The notes under the pieces are model-generated. The model ran no database searches, had not been told where the DNA came from, and worked only from the letters and a program-made list of their open reading frames with translations. Positions 44,526 to 53,839 of a DNA stretch of 64,000 nt are shown in pieces. Position 1 is the first letter of the stretch. The number at the start of each line of letters is the position of its first letter. The translations under genes were made by a program, and so were the position numbers. The stretch comes from an uncultured Gemmatimonadaceae bacterium (GTDB lineage: Bacteria > Gemmatimonadota > Gemmatimonadetes > Gemmatimonadales > Gemmatimonadaceae): positions 224,001 through 288,000 of the forward strand of contig CAWBOC010000006.1 of assembly GCA_963790305.1 (NCBI GenBank), in the 5' to 3' direction.

Positions 44526-46279
44526 TTCCAGAAGTCCCATCGCACGCCGTACAACGTCGTCTGGCGCGGCAAGCTGTACCCGGGCACGAGCTCGGTTGCC
44601 CGCTGCCCGATGGTGTAGCGCTGTCTCCAGAAGATCACCGCGTCCACAATTCGGATCTCCACGAGCGAGCTCAGCTCATGGCTGCTGAGGGCGACGAGGG
44701 GACCTATCGAGCGCGGGAAGGAGACGCCGTCCCGGTAATCATGTCGCGCTGAGATCAACGCGCCGAACTGGCCGCTCGGAAACTTCTTCAGCCAGCGCGT
44801 GCGGACGTACACCTCCGAGCGCACTTGCATTTGTGGCCGGTAGAACCCCTGCCGCTCCCAGCGAAAGGCGAAGACATCGGCGTGTATCGCCCGCCAAACG
44901 CGTCCCTGAACCCCACCGAACAGCGCCCTCGTCGGCCCCTCGTCGTTGCTCACGAGTGTCGAATCGAAGATGATCGGCGGCGTGACGTGGATCGAATCCA
45001 CGGTGAGTGCGCCGCCAGTCAACCAAAGACTTCGGATCCGCAACGCGACTTCGCCCCGGGCACTCATGACATCCTCAGCATCGACCCCGCTCGGGGGACG
45101 GCGAAGCGAGGCTACCGCGGCGAACGAAAGGAATGACAGTGGGGAAAAGCGCGCCGAGAGCTCCCCAAGCGAGGTCGAATCGCCGCCGCGCCACTCGGCG
45201 AGGGCGGCAACACCCGCAATGCGGTGATTGAGGGCCAGACGGCCGGCAATCGACTGAAATCCGTCGTCCCCCGCGTACGTACGACTCGTGAGGCTCGCTC
45301 GCAGGGCGCTCGATGACCAGCCTAACGCGCCGACGACCTGGTTCCGCGAGCGTTTGTCCTCAACGCTATCTATAGGGAGTCGCGCTGGGTCGATCCGCTC
45401 GCGCGTGAACGCCTGCGAGGCAAGCAGGAGCTGCGCCCATCCTCCGCTGTCGGGGTCGCCGACGCCAATTCGCCCATATGCATCTCGGCGGATCGAGTTC
45501 ACGCGCGGAATCTCGTAGGCGTCTCCACGTCGTTGAACGTTGCGTTGGCGTCGCGCGCGAATGCCGAACCCGTCGACGCTCACAGTGCGTCCCGCCCAGC
45601 CGAGGCGCGCGATGAGCGCCAGCTCATCGCCTCCACCCGACGGAATGCCGCTCGTGCCGTATTGCTGGAATCCGCCCTGGATCGCCTCACCGTGGCCGAA
45701 GCGCCGCCCCAGCATTCCCCGATACAGATTCGTGTCTTCGTCTCCGGTGAAGACATCGGTGCGCGATGCCGTACTCGTTCGCTCGACGCGCCACGACCGG
45801 AGGTGCACGCGAAGCTCGTCCACGCCTCGCTCGACGAGCACCTCCTCGAGTGTCCATAGCTGGACCTCGGCGAGGTCGAGCAACAAGCCCGTCCGATCGT
45901 CGAATGGCTCGAGCTCGATGCCGTCGTAGAAGACGCGCACGCGGCCCCCACCGCCTAACCATGTCACCTGCGCAGGGGCAGCGAGCCATCCCGAACGGAA
46001 CGCCGTCGCGCCGGGAATCCGCTCGAGTAGCTCCAGCAGCGTGAGTCCGCCGCCGGTGAAGAGCTCCTCGCGAGTCCAGTGGTACCGGCCCGCGGCGTCC
46101 ATGGTCATTGGCAACTCGGCACGCGCGAGCGGGGCCTTGACGGTGTCTCGACGGATCACCGTGTCTGGTCGGGTGCGAATCGTATCGGCTGTCGGGGGCG
46201 TGGTATCGGCGGGAACCGCTACGGTATCCCGCGGCGGCTCCTGGCTGCCGGCGCCGGAGTAAAAAACGGCCCCGGCCAC
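44522..46279 (-). CDS. Putative outer-membrane beta-barrel protein with a TonB-receptor plug-like domain (start may be further upstream, at 46321)
   Basis: Plug-like LLELLERIPG...VRVFYDG...EVLVERG; amphipathic strands; ends YGVRWDFWN. Confidence 0.6.
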   Translation of the reverse strand: MAGAVFYSGAGSQEPPRDTVAVPADTTPPTADTIRTRPDTVIRRDTVKAPLARAELPMTMDAAGRYHWTREELFTGGGLTLLELLERIPGATAFRSGWLAAPAQVTWLGGGGRVRVFYDGIELEPFDDRTGLLLDLAEVQLWTLEEVLVERGVDELRVHLRSWRVERTSTASRTDVFTGDEDTNLYRGMLGRRFGHGEAIQGGFQQYGTSGIPSGGGDELALIARLGWAGRTVSVDGFGIRARRQRNVQRRGDAYEIPRVNSIRRDAYGRIGVGDPDSGGWAQLLLASQAFTRERIDPARLPIDSVEDKRSRNQVVGALGWSSSALRASLTSRTYAGDDGFQSIAGRLALNHRIAGVAALAEWRGGDSTSLGELSARFSPLSFLSFAAVASLRRPPSGVDAEDVMSARGEVALRIRSLWLTGGALTVDSIHVTPPIIFDSTLVSNDEGPTRALFGGVQGRVWRAIHADVFAFRWERQGFYRPQMQVRSEVYVRTRWLKKFPSGQFGALISARHDYRDGVSFPRSIGPLVALSSHELSSLVEIRIVDAVIFWRQRYTIGQRATELVPGYSLPRQTTLYGVRWDFWN

Positions 46280-46317
46280 GAGGCCGAGGCCGGCGCAGCG
46301 AAGCCAGGTCAGCGCGC

Positions 46318-47790
46318 TCAGCTCACCCGCCCGCGTACGAACTCGACGAATGTCCCAACCGGTACGCCCGTGGGCCCCTTCGGAAGCGCGACGAGATCCG
46401 TCTCCGAGTACGCCGTTCCGGCAATGTCGAGATGGACCCAGGGATAGCTGTCAGTGAATTCCTTGAGGAACATGGCTGCCGCGATAGCGCCAGCAGCACG
46501 CCCTCCGGAATTCTTGATGTCGGCGACGTCCGACTTGTTGAGCTCCTTGTAGTCCTCCCACGTCGGGAGGTGCCACCCCGGTTCGCTCGCGCGCTTTCCA
46601 GCGCCTAACACCTCCTGCACGAGCGCCTCGTCGTTTCCGAAGACCCCCGAGGCAGTGTGTCCCAGCGCGATGACGCACGCACCCGTGAGCGTGGCCGCGT
46701 CGAGCACCGCGGCGGGCTCGTAGCGACGCGCCCACGACAACACGTCGCACAACACGAGTCGCCCCTCGGCGTCGGTGTTGACGATCTCAATGTACTTCCC
46801 GAGATGGCTCTTGAGAACGTCACCGGGCTTGAAGGCGGTCCCGCTCGGCATGTTCGTGGTGCTGCCGACGAGCCCGATGACGTTGGCCTTGAGCTCCAGG
46901 CGGCCAATCGCGTCCATCGCGCCAAGCACCGCCGCGGCGCCGCACATGTCGAACTTCATCAGCTCCATGCTCTGCGCCGGCTTGATCGAGATGCCACCGG
47001 AATCGAAGCACAGGCCTTTCCCCACCAACACCACCGGACGCCCGGAGCCGCGCCGATGCTCGAGCGCGATGAGCTTGGGATCCTGCGGCGTCCCCTGGGC
47101 GACGCCGAGAAAGGAGCCCATTCCCTCCTCTTCGAGCTCCTTGCGGCCGAGCACGGTGACCTTCATGCCGTGGCGCTTGGCGATCTCGCGACCCGTATCG
47201 GCGAGGTAGTCGGGCGTGCACAGATTGCCCGGCATCATCGCGAGCCGTCGCGCCAGCGTCATCCCCTCGGCGATCGCGACGCCCGTCTCGACCTCCGCCT
47301 TCGCCCGCTTCTCATCCTGCACGACGACGACCGCCTCGTCAGGCGAGGGACGCTGCTCATCGTCTGGTGGCGGCGTTTTGGTCTCCGTGTATTCCCACAC
47401 GCCCATGGAAAGGCCGACCACCGCGCCCTCGACGCTTCCCGCCGCGCCGTCCTGATACCACGCGATCTCCCGGGCCCCGGTCCGCCGAGCGAAGCGAGCA
47501 GCGATCATCGCGGCGCGCCGGAGCGCACCGCCGGACTCGGTCACGGTCCCCATGCCGACGAGCAGAATCCGTTGCGGACCCTTCGTGCCACCGACGAGAT
47601 GCATCGTCTCATCCCGGCCGAAACGAAAATCCCGCCGATCGATGACCCGGGAGATCGCTCCGCCGAGTGCGTCGTCGAGTCCCTTGATGGCGTCGTCGAG
47701 CTTGGCGCCCTTGGCCAGCGGAAGAACGAGAAGCGGAACGTCGAGCGAGCGGAGCTGTCCGCCGCGAACGGAGAAGCGCAACGGGCTCAC
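46318..47790 (-). CDS. pepA: Leucyl aminopeptidase (M17)
   Basis: [44 protein letters not shown]. Confidence 0.96.
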   Translation of the reverse strand: MSPLRFSVRGGQLRSLDVPLLVLPLAKGAKLDDAIKGLDDALGGAISRVIDRRDFRFGRDETMHLVGGTKGPQRILLVGMGTVTESGGALRRAAMIAARFARRTGAREIAWYQDGAAGSVEGAVVGLSMGVWEYTETKTPPPDDEQRPSPDEAVVVVQDEKRAKAEVETGVAIAEGMTLARRLAMMPGNLCTPDYLADTGREIAKRHGMKVTVLGRKELEEEGMGSFLGVAQGTPQDPKLIALEHRRGSGRPVVLVGKGLCFDSGGISIKPAQSMELMKFDMCGAAAVLGAMDAIGRLELKANVIGLVGSTTNMPSGTAFKPGDVLKSHLGKYIEIVNTDAEGRLVLCDVLSWARRYEPAAVLDAATLTGACVIALGHTASGVFGNDEALVQEVLGAGKRASEPGWHLPTWEDYKELNKSDVADIKNSGGRAAGAIAAAMFLKEFTDSYPWVHLDIAGTAYSETDLVALPKGPTGVPVGTFVEFVRGRVS

Positions 47791-49031
47791 GCCATGCCCT
47801 CGATGATGGCATCGGCGAATGCCGACGTGCTGACTTCGGTGGACCCGGGCATCTGGCGGGCGAGATCGTACGTCACGCGCCGCGACTTGATGGCATGCTC
47901 GATCCCTTTGACGATGAGTCGCCCGACCTCATCCCACTCGAGATACTCGAACATCATGACGCCCGAGAGGATGACGCTGCAGGGATTGACCTTGTCCTGA
48001 CCGGCGTATTTCGGCGCGGTGCCGTGCGTCGCCTCGAAGCACGCGAGACCATCGCCGACGTTGCCCCCTGGCGCCATACCCAGCCCGCCAACCTGGGCCG
48101 CGGCCGCGTCACTCAGGTAGTCGCCATTCAGGTTGGGCGTCGCGATCACGGAATACTCCGACGGGCGCAGCAGCAGCTGCTGGAACATGGCGTCGGCAAT
48201 GCGGTCCTTGATGACGAGACAATCGACCTTCGCGCTGCCGCTGATCTTCGCGAGATCGGCTTCGCTGATCACGTGCTCGCCGTAGCGTTCCTTCGCGACT
48301 TCGTAGCCCCAGTCACGAAAGGCGCCCTCGGTGAACTTCATGATGTTGCCCTTGTGGACGAGGGTCACCGACTGGCGGCCGGTTCTCAAGGCATAGCGGA
48401 TCGCCATGTCGACGAGGCGCTTCGAGCCGAACTCGGACATCGGCTTGATCCCAATGGCCGAACCTTCGCGGATGTCCTTGCCCATCGTGTCGACAATGAA
48501 GTCGCGAACGCGCTTCGCTTCCTCGCTGCCCGCCTTCCACTCGATGCCGGCGTAGACGTCCTCGATGTTCTCGCGGAAGATCACGACGTCGACCTTTCCC
48601 GGCTCCTTGACCGGCGCTCCGACGCCCTCGAAGTAACGCACTGGGCGAATGCAGGCGTAGAGGTCCAGCACCTGTCGCAGCGTCACGTTGAGCGACCGAA
48701 TGCCACCGCCCACGGGCGTGGTGAGAGGACCCTTGATCGAGACGCGAAACTCCTGCATCGCGTCGATGGTCTCCTGAGGCAGCCAATCGTTGTGCGCCTT
48801 GAACGCCTTCTCGCCAGCGAACACCTCCATCCAGGCAACACGGCGCTTCCCGCCGAACGCGCGCTCCACCGCGGCGTCGAAGACGCGTCGTGAGGCGCGC
48901 CAGATATCGGGTCCCGTCCCATCGCCTTCAATGAACGGGATGATCGGTGCGTCGGGAACGTTCAGCTTTCCATGGGAGAAGCCGATGCGCTCGCCATTCC
49001 GCGGCACTGTGGCGAATCGGTAGCTGGTCAT
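47787..49031 (-). CDS. icd: Isocitrate dehydrogenase (NADP-type family)
   Basis: [55 protein letters not shown]; start MTSYRF. Confidence 0.96.
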   Translation of the reverse strand: MTSYRFATVPRNGERIGFSHGKLNVPDAPIIPFIEGDGTGPDIWRASRRVFDAAVERAFGGKRRVAWMEVFAGEKAFKAHNDWLPQETIDAMQEFRVSIKGPLTTPVGGGIRSLNVTLRQVLDLYACIRPVRYFEGVGAPVKEPGKVDVVIFRENIEDVYAGIEWKAGSEEAKRVRDFIVDTMGKDIREGSAIGIKPMSEFGSKRLVDMAIRYALRTGRQSVTLVHKGNIMKFTEGAFRDWGYEVAKERYGEHVISEADLAKISGSAKVDCLVIKDRIADAMFQQLLLRPSEYSVIATPNLNGDYLSDAAAAQVGGLGMAPGGNVGDGLACFEATHGTAPKYAGQDKVNPCSVILSGVMMFEYLEWDEVGRLIVKGIEHAIKSRRVTYDLARQMPGSTEVSTSAFADAIIEGMA

Positions 49032-49096
49032 GACTCGATCAGGGAGAGATGGCGCGCGAGCGCGGTCTACGGCCCGCCCGCGCGCGGAATGCGTGC

Positions 49097-50249
49097 CTAA
49101 CGTCGCTGATCGAGCGGCGACACCCGCAACCCACGCGGTCCGACATACTCGGCGCGCGGCCGAATCAGCCGGTTGTTCGCATACTGCTCCAGCAGGTGGG
49201 CCGCCCATCCCGACAGCCGGCTGACCGCGAACAACGGTGTGTACAGGTCGGTCGGAATCCCCATCACGTAGTACGTGGACGCCGAGTAGAAGTCGACGTT
49301 CGGGAGCAGGTTCTTCTCGGCTTTCATCGTTTCCTCGATGCGCCGCGACATCTCGAACCATTGCGGCGTCTTGTACTTGCTGCCGAGCTCCTCCGACATC
49401 CGGCGCAAATGCGTCGCGCGCGGATCTTCGGTTTTGTACACGCGGTGGCCAAAGCCCATGATCTTGCGCTTGCTCGCGAGGGCTTTCTTGATGAAGGGCA
49501 CCGGCTCCTCGCCTTCCTTCTTCATCTCGAGGAGCATTTCCATCACGGCGGTGTTGGCGCCGCCGTGCAGCGGACCCGAGAGCGTTCCGATCGCCGAGAC
49601 GATAGCGGCGTACATGTCGGCGAGCGTCGCGGCGGTCACGCGCGCGGCGAACGTCGAGGCGTTGAGCTCGTGATCGGCGTGGAGAATGAGCGCCGCATCG
49701 ATCGCCCGCTCTTCGAGCTTCTCCGGACGTCTGCCGAGCAGCCGGTAGTACACGTTGCCGGCAAAGGAAAGCGAGCGGATCGGCCTTGATCGGTTCCTTA
49801 CCCTGACGAATCTGCGCCCACGCTCCAAGAAGCGCCGCGATTTGTCCCTGAAGTCTCGCGGCGCGCCGCAGGTTCGCGGTGCGATCATCGACGGGAGACT
49901 GCTTGTCGGGATCGTAGAACGAGAGCTCGGACACGCTTGTCCGCAGGACGTCCATGGGGTCGGCGTCCCTCGGGTAGCGTTTGAGCGATTCGATGAGCGC
50001 CTGCGGGAGGAGGTAGCAGGAGCGAATCGTCTCCGCGAATCCGTCGAGCTCGGCTCGCGACGGGAGCTTGCCGTACCAGAGCAGGTAGACGACTTCCTCG
50101 AACGTCGTGTTCTCGACGAGATCGTGGATGTCGTACCCGCGATAGATGAGCTGGCCCGTCTGGCCGTTGACGTCGGTGATTTCGGACGGGCCGGTGACCA
50201 CATCTTCGAGGCCGGCCGCGGCCGCCTTTACGGTTGCCGAAGTTGCCAT
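49097..50249 (-). CDS. gltA: Citrate synthase (+1 frameshift at ~49775)
   Basis: GLEDVV, LIYRGY then [37 protein letters not shown]. Confidence 0.93.
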
Positions 50250-50293
50250 CTATGACTCACGGTGATGCGTGAACGGTCGTGGGTAGCCGGTAA

Positions 50294-50322
50294 AAGTTAC
50301 CGGCGCGAGAAAGGCGCTGCAA
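50294..50322 (-). promoter_or_regulatory. sigma70 promoter for gltA-icd, overlapped by a palindrome
   Basis: TTGCAG-N17-TAACTT; palindrome GCCGGTAA-N3-TTACCGGC at 50286-50304. Confidence 0.55.
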
Positions 50323-50352
50323 GTTGAACGCCGCCCGAGGTTTTCGGATGCA

Positions 50353-50382
50353 CGAACGGCCGCGATGCGTCGCGGCCGTTCG
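50353..50382. terminator. 13-bp perfect hairpin 3' of tRNA-Leu
   Basis: CGAACGGCCGCGA-TGCG-TCGCGGCCGTTCG; no clear U-tract. Confidence 0.55.
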
Positions 50383-50395
50383 CGCTGATGGTGAG

Positions 50396-50479
50396 TACCC
50401 GGGGCGGGACTCGAACCCGCAAGAGCCGAAGCTCGGGGGCTTTTGAGGCCCCTGCGTCTACCGATTCCGCCACCCGGGC
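50396..50479 (-). tRNA. tRNA-Leu(CAA)
   Basis: GCCCGGG acceptor stem, D-arm GGCGGAATCGGTAGACGC, anticodon arm GGGGC-CTCAAAA-GCCCC, long variable arm, GGTTCGAGTCC T-loop; CCA not encoded. Confidence 0.97.
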
Positions 50480-50523
50480 GCGTGAGGAAATCTAGCGTCC
50501 CGAATGCCCTCGGTACACTGGCG

Positions 50524-51051
50524 TCAGGGGCGACGTCCCACCGTATCTCCCCGCCGTGCTGGCCCGCCGCCACGGCGCCGCCCGCGCATGTCCTCCATCC
50601 GGCGTCGCACCTGGTCCTGAATCGCCAGATACCGCGCGCGCTGCGTGGGGGTCATGAATGACGAGAGCGCACGCTGCTCGCGTGAGAGAAGGTCGATGCG
50701 CCGACGTTGCACGTCGATGAGCTGGTCGACGTACCGCGCGACCCGTTCCTGATTCGCGCTGTCGCCACGCATGACCTCCGCACGCAGGCTGACCCGCACG
50801 TCGCGCTCTTGCTGGTTCAGCACGCGGCGCTCCGCTTCCATGTCACGATTCACTTCCCCGAGCCGGCGCATTTGATCGGCGGTGAGACCGAGCTGCTGCT
50901 GCACGACCGTCGCCGTGCGCTGGCGAAGGCGCTGCTCGAGCGCCTGTCGGCGCGCGGGTGCCGAATCCGGTTTGGCCCGTTGCGCGTCGACCGTGGACGA
51001 TGCGCCGATGGCCGAGATCGCGAGGAACAGGAGCATTCGCTGGAAGCGCAT
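50524..51051 (-). CDS. Secreted Spy/CpxP-like helical protein
   Basis: Signal peptide; LGLTADQ and MTPTQRA (LTxxQ-like) motifs. Confidence 0.7.
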   Translation of the reverse strand: MRFQRMLLFLAISAIGASSTVDAQRAKPDSAPARRQALEQRLRQRTATVVQQQLGLTADQMRRLGEVNRDMEAERRVLNQQERDVRVSLRAEVMRGDSANQERVARYVDQLIDVQRRRIDLLSREQRALSSFMTPTQRARYLAIQDQVRRRMEDMRGRRRGGGPARRGDTVGRRP

Positions 51052-51671
51052 CAGACGTCTCCCTCGAGAACGGGCAAGAGAACCGCGGGCTCGACATCGA
51101 GCTCGGTGTCGACGTCATCGAGGACCTCGAGCAGCGACTCGAGATCGGCGTCCGCAAGATCGCTGACGCCCCCGCCCATCACGAGCTCGATCCGCGGCGC
51201 TGGCTGCCCTGTGGTCGATGGCGTCGGCGCCGACCCAACAGGTGCAGGGCGCGTCGGCTCTTCGATATGCACTACGACGGGCGGCAGATCGGACGATCCG
51301 GGGGTGCGGTCAAGATTCGAGGCGAGGAGTGCCGCGACGGCAATCGCACCGACTGATGCCGCGGCCAGCCAGACGCGACGCGCCGGCGCGGCGACGCTCG
51401 ACGCTCGACGTCGGCGCGTCTGCGCCACGGCGGTGGTCGCGTCGCGGCGCAGCGCACTCGATCGCGCTACCGCGGCCACGATGCGCGCCGTATCGATCGA
51501 GGGCGTCGCGCTCAGGACACCATGCGCCTTGCGCACGAGCTCGAGCTCCGCGCGACATGCCGCGCACGTCGCGAGGTGGGCGTCGAGCGCGACGAGCGAC
51601 GGACCGCTCAGCGCACCGCGCGCGAGGTCCGGAAGCAAGTCACGCATTTCCATGTTCGTGCATTCACTCAT
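51051..51671 (-). CDS. Membrane anti-sigma factor (zf-HC2/ZAS)
   Basis: HLATCAAC (HxxxCxxC) motif, one TM segment, acidic C-terminus. Confidence 0.85.
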   Translation of the reverse strand: MSECTNMEMRDLLPDLARGALSGPSLVALDAHLATCAACRAELELVRKAHGVLSATPSIDTARIVAAVARSSALRRDATTAVAQTRRRRASSVAAPARRVWLAAASVGAIAVAALLASNLDRTPGSSDLPPVVVHIEEPTRPAPVGSAPTPSTTGQPAPRIELVMGGGVSDLADADLESLLEVLDDVDTELDVEPAVLLPVLEGDV

Positions 51672-52215
51672 TGAGATACTCCTTCACCATGCGTACGGCA
51701 TTGTGATAGTGCACGCGCGCCGCTCCTTCGGTGGTCTCCACGACGTCCGCGATCTCCCGGTAGCTCAATCCTTCCGTCACGCGCAGCGTGAACACCGCCC
51801 GCTGCGTCTCCGTCAGTCCTTCCATCGCCGCCCGGACACGACCCTCTGTCTCCGTCGCGACGGCCGCACTCAATGGATCGTCGGCCGCCAGCGCATGCGT
51901 CTCGTCGATCGCCACCACCAGCGGCGCACGGCGGCTCGCGCGGGCCCGATCCCGACAGAGGTTGCGCGCGATCGAGAACAGCCACGTTCGCAGCGAGCTC
52001 GCCTCGCGAAACCGATCGATCGAGCCAAACGCGCGCACGAACGTGTCCTGCACCACTTCGTCGACCTCCGCGCGCTCGCCCATGCTCGCGACGAATCGCG
52101 ACACGGCGGGCGCGTGCCGCTCGACCAGGATGGTCGCCGCCCGCTCGTCCCCGCCGCGCCACCGCGCGATCAGCGCGACATCGCTCGGTTCCCCGTCCCG
52201 CCTCGGCTCGCTCAT
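51664..52215 (-). CDS. ECF sigma-70 factor
   Basis: DEVVQDTFVRAF, TWLFSIARNLCRD, region-4 HTH LSYREIA. Confidence 0.95.
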   Translation of the reverse strand: MSEPRRDGEPSDVALIARWRGGDERAATILVERHAPAVSRFVASMGERAEVDEVVQDTFVRAFGSIDRFREASSLRTWLFSIARNLCRDRARASRRAPLVVAIDETHALAADDPLSAAVATETEGRVRAAMEGLTETQRAVFTLRVTEGLSYREIADVVETTEGAARVHYHNAVRMVKEYLNE

Positions 52216-52227
52216 CCCGGCATGTGG

Positions 52228-52255
52228 TTGGACGCTTCCGCCCCACCGGTGTTAA
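52228..52255 (-). promoter_or_regulatory. Putative ECF autoregulatory promoter
   Basis: TTAAC-N16-CGTCCAA just upstream of the ECF start (AAC/CGT pattern). Confidence 0.5.
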
Positions 52256-52274
52256 GTGCGGATTCCAGGCGTCC

Positions 52275-52323
52275 TTGACTTCGCCCCCGCGCCCTGGGTA
52301 CGTTCACACCGAACGCTCGTTCG
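52275..52323 (+). promoter_or_regulatory. sigma70 promoter plus PaaR-type operator for the catabolic operon
   Basis: TTGACT-N18-TACGTT followed by the palindrome CGAACG-CT-CGTTCG (52310-52323). Confidence 0.75.
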
Positions 52324-52345
52324 ACACCCGGTTCCAGGGGGGCGG

Positions 52346-52972
52346 ATGGCTCACCAGCAGGCGCACGACGAGAAGCTCGACGCACTCCTGGCGGCCGCCG
52401 CCCGCGTCTTCGCCAAGCGCGGCTACCACGAAACGAGCATGCGCGACCTCGCCCGCGAATCGGGGGTCTCGCTCTCCGGCCTCTACTACTACGTCAAGAG
52501 CAAGGACGAGCTGCTCTTCCTGATCCAGGACCGCAGCTTCGCGGCTGTCCTCGCGAGCATGGAAGAGGCCACGGCCGGGATCGAGAACCCGGTCGAGCGC
52601 CTGGCCCGCTTCGTCGACAACCACCTCGACTATTTCGCGTCGCACATGGCAGAGATGAAGGTGCTGTCGCACGAGTCGGGTGCGCTTTCGGGAGAGATGC
52701 TCTCGCAGGTGAACGCCAAGAAGCGGGAGTATACGCGAGTCCTGATGGATATTCTCGCCGACGTCGAGCGGACCTGCGGCGCGGCGCACGTGAATCGCCG
52801 AATTGCGACCTACACGCTCTTCGGCATGATGAACTGGATCTACAACTGGTACGATCCTCTCGGCGATCTCAGTGTCGAGGTGTTGAGCCAGAGCATCTGC
52901 CGGCTCTTCCTCGGCGGGTATGTCGGGATGCCGGTGTCGGAGTCGGTTATGCCACACATGACGGCGGGATAG
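52346..52972 (+). CDS. TetR family regulator (PaaR/KstR2-like, acyl-CoA-responsive type)
   Basis: HTH FAKRGYHETSMRDLA..GLYYYVKSKDELL; C-terminal GMMNWIYNWY. Confidence 0.9.
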   Translation: MAHQQAHDEKLDALLAAAARVFAKRGYHETSMRDLARESGVSLSGLYYYVKSKDELLFLIQDRSFAAVLASMEEATAGIENPVERLARFVDNHLDYFASHMAEMKVLSHESGALSGEMLSQVNAKKREYTRVLMDILADVERTCGAAHVNRRIATYTLFGMMNWIYNWYDPLGDLSVEVLSQSICRLFLGGYVGMPVSESVMPHMTAG

Positions 52973-53021
52973 CACTCAGCTCGTTCCCGCGCACGCAGCA
53001 GCTTTTCACCAGAGGAATCCC

Positions 53022-53837
53022 ATGGCCACAGCCACCATGACCGAGCGCGAAGCGACCACCCTCGTTCGGTACCGCAAGGAGGGGCACGTCGCGATCTTCG
53101 AGCTCGATGATCCGCCGGCCAACACGTACACGCACGAGATGATGCGCCAGCTCGACGACTGCATCCTCCGCGCGCGTTTCGATGGCGACATTCACGTGAT
53201 CATCCTGCGGGGTGCGGGCGAGAAGTTCTTCAGCGCCGGCGCCAACATCAAGATGCTCAACGAGGCCGATCCGACCTGGAAGTACTACTTCTGCCTCCAC
53301 GCCAACGAGACGTTGAGCCGCCTCGAGCAGACCCCCAAGCTGGTGATCGCGGCGCTCAACGGCCACTGCGTCGGCGGCGGGCTCGAGATCGCCATGGCGG
53401 CGGACATTCGCATCGCCCGCCAGGACGCGGGGAAGATCGGTTTGCCCGAAGTCAACCTTGGCGTGCTGCCGGGCACGGGCGGGACACAGCGTCTCGCGCG
53501 GCTCATTGGCAAGGCGAAGGCGATCGAGCTCATGGTGACAGGGCGCACCTTCTCCTTCGAGGAAGCCGAGAAGATGGGGCTGGTCAACGCCGTGCTGCCG
53601 AAGGAGGACTGGTGGGACAACGTCCTCCTCTACGCCCAGCAGTTCACGCTGCCGAACAAGGCGGCGATGGCGGTGGGTCACATCAAGCGGTCGGTGCAAT
53701 CGGGGCTCGAGATGGCGTTCGAGTATGGGCTGTCGCTCGAGCGTGAGCTGCAGAGCCAGCTCTTCAAGAGCAGCGACGCCAAGGAAGGCATCGGAGCCTA
53801 CGTCGAAAAGCGGCAGCCACGCTTTCAGGGCCGCTGA
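53022..53837 (+). CDS. Single-domain crotonase resembling the BoxC N-terminal domain (putative epoxide/oxepin-CoA ring-cleaving hydrolase)
   Basis: SAGANIKML...WKYYFCLHANET...GGGLE...LPEVNLGVLPGTGG. Confidence 0.7.
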   Translation: MATATMTEREATTLVRYRKEGHVAIFELDDPPANTYTHEMMRQLDDCILRARFDGDIHVIILRGAGEKFFSAGANIKMLNEADPTWKYYFCLHANETLSRLEQTPKLVIAALNGHCVGGGLEIAMAADIRIARQDAGKIGLPEVNLGVLPGTGGTQRLARLIGKAKAIELMVTGRTFSFEEAEKMGLVNAVLPKEDWWDNVLLYAQQFTLPNKAAMAVGHIKRSVQSGLEMAFEYGLSLERELQSQLFKSSDAKEGIGAYVEKRQPRFQGR

Positions 53838-53839
53838 CC

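Noticed and set aside
47787..50249. 820-aa citrate synthase-isocitrate dehydrogenase fusion ORF
   Set aside because: After the +1 shift at ~49775 the middle segment is out-of-frame gltA sequence. The real gltA C-terminus is in another frame ending at 49097, and icd has its own start at 49031.
50396..50479. tRNA-Leu as an occupied integration site
   Set aside because: No integrase and no duplicated tRNA 3' end; gltA follows directly.
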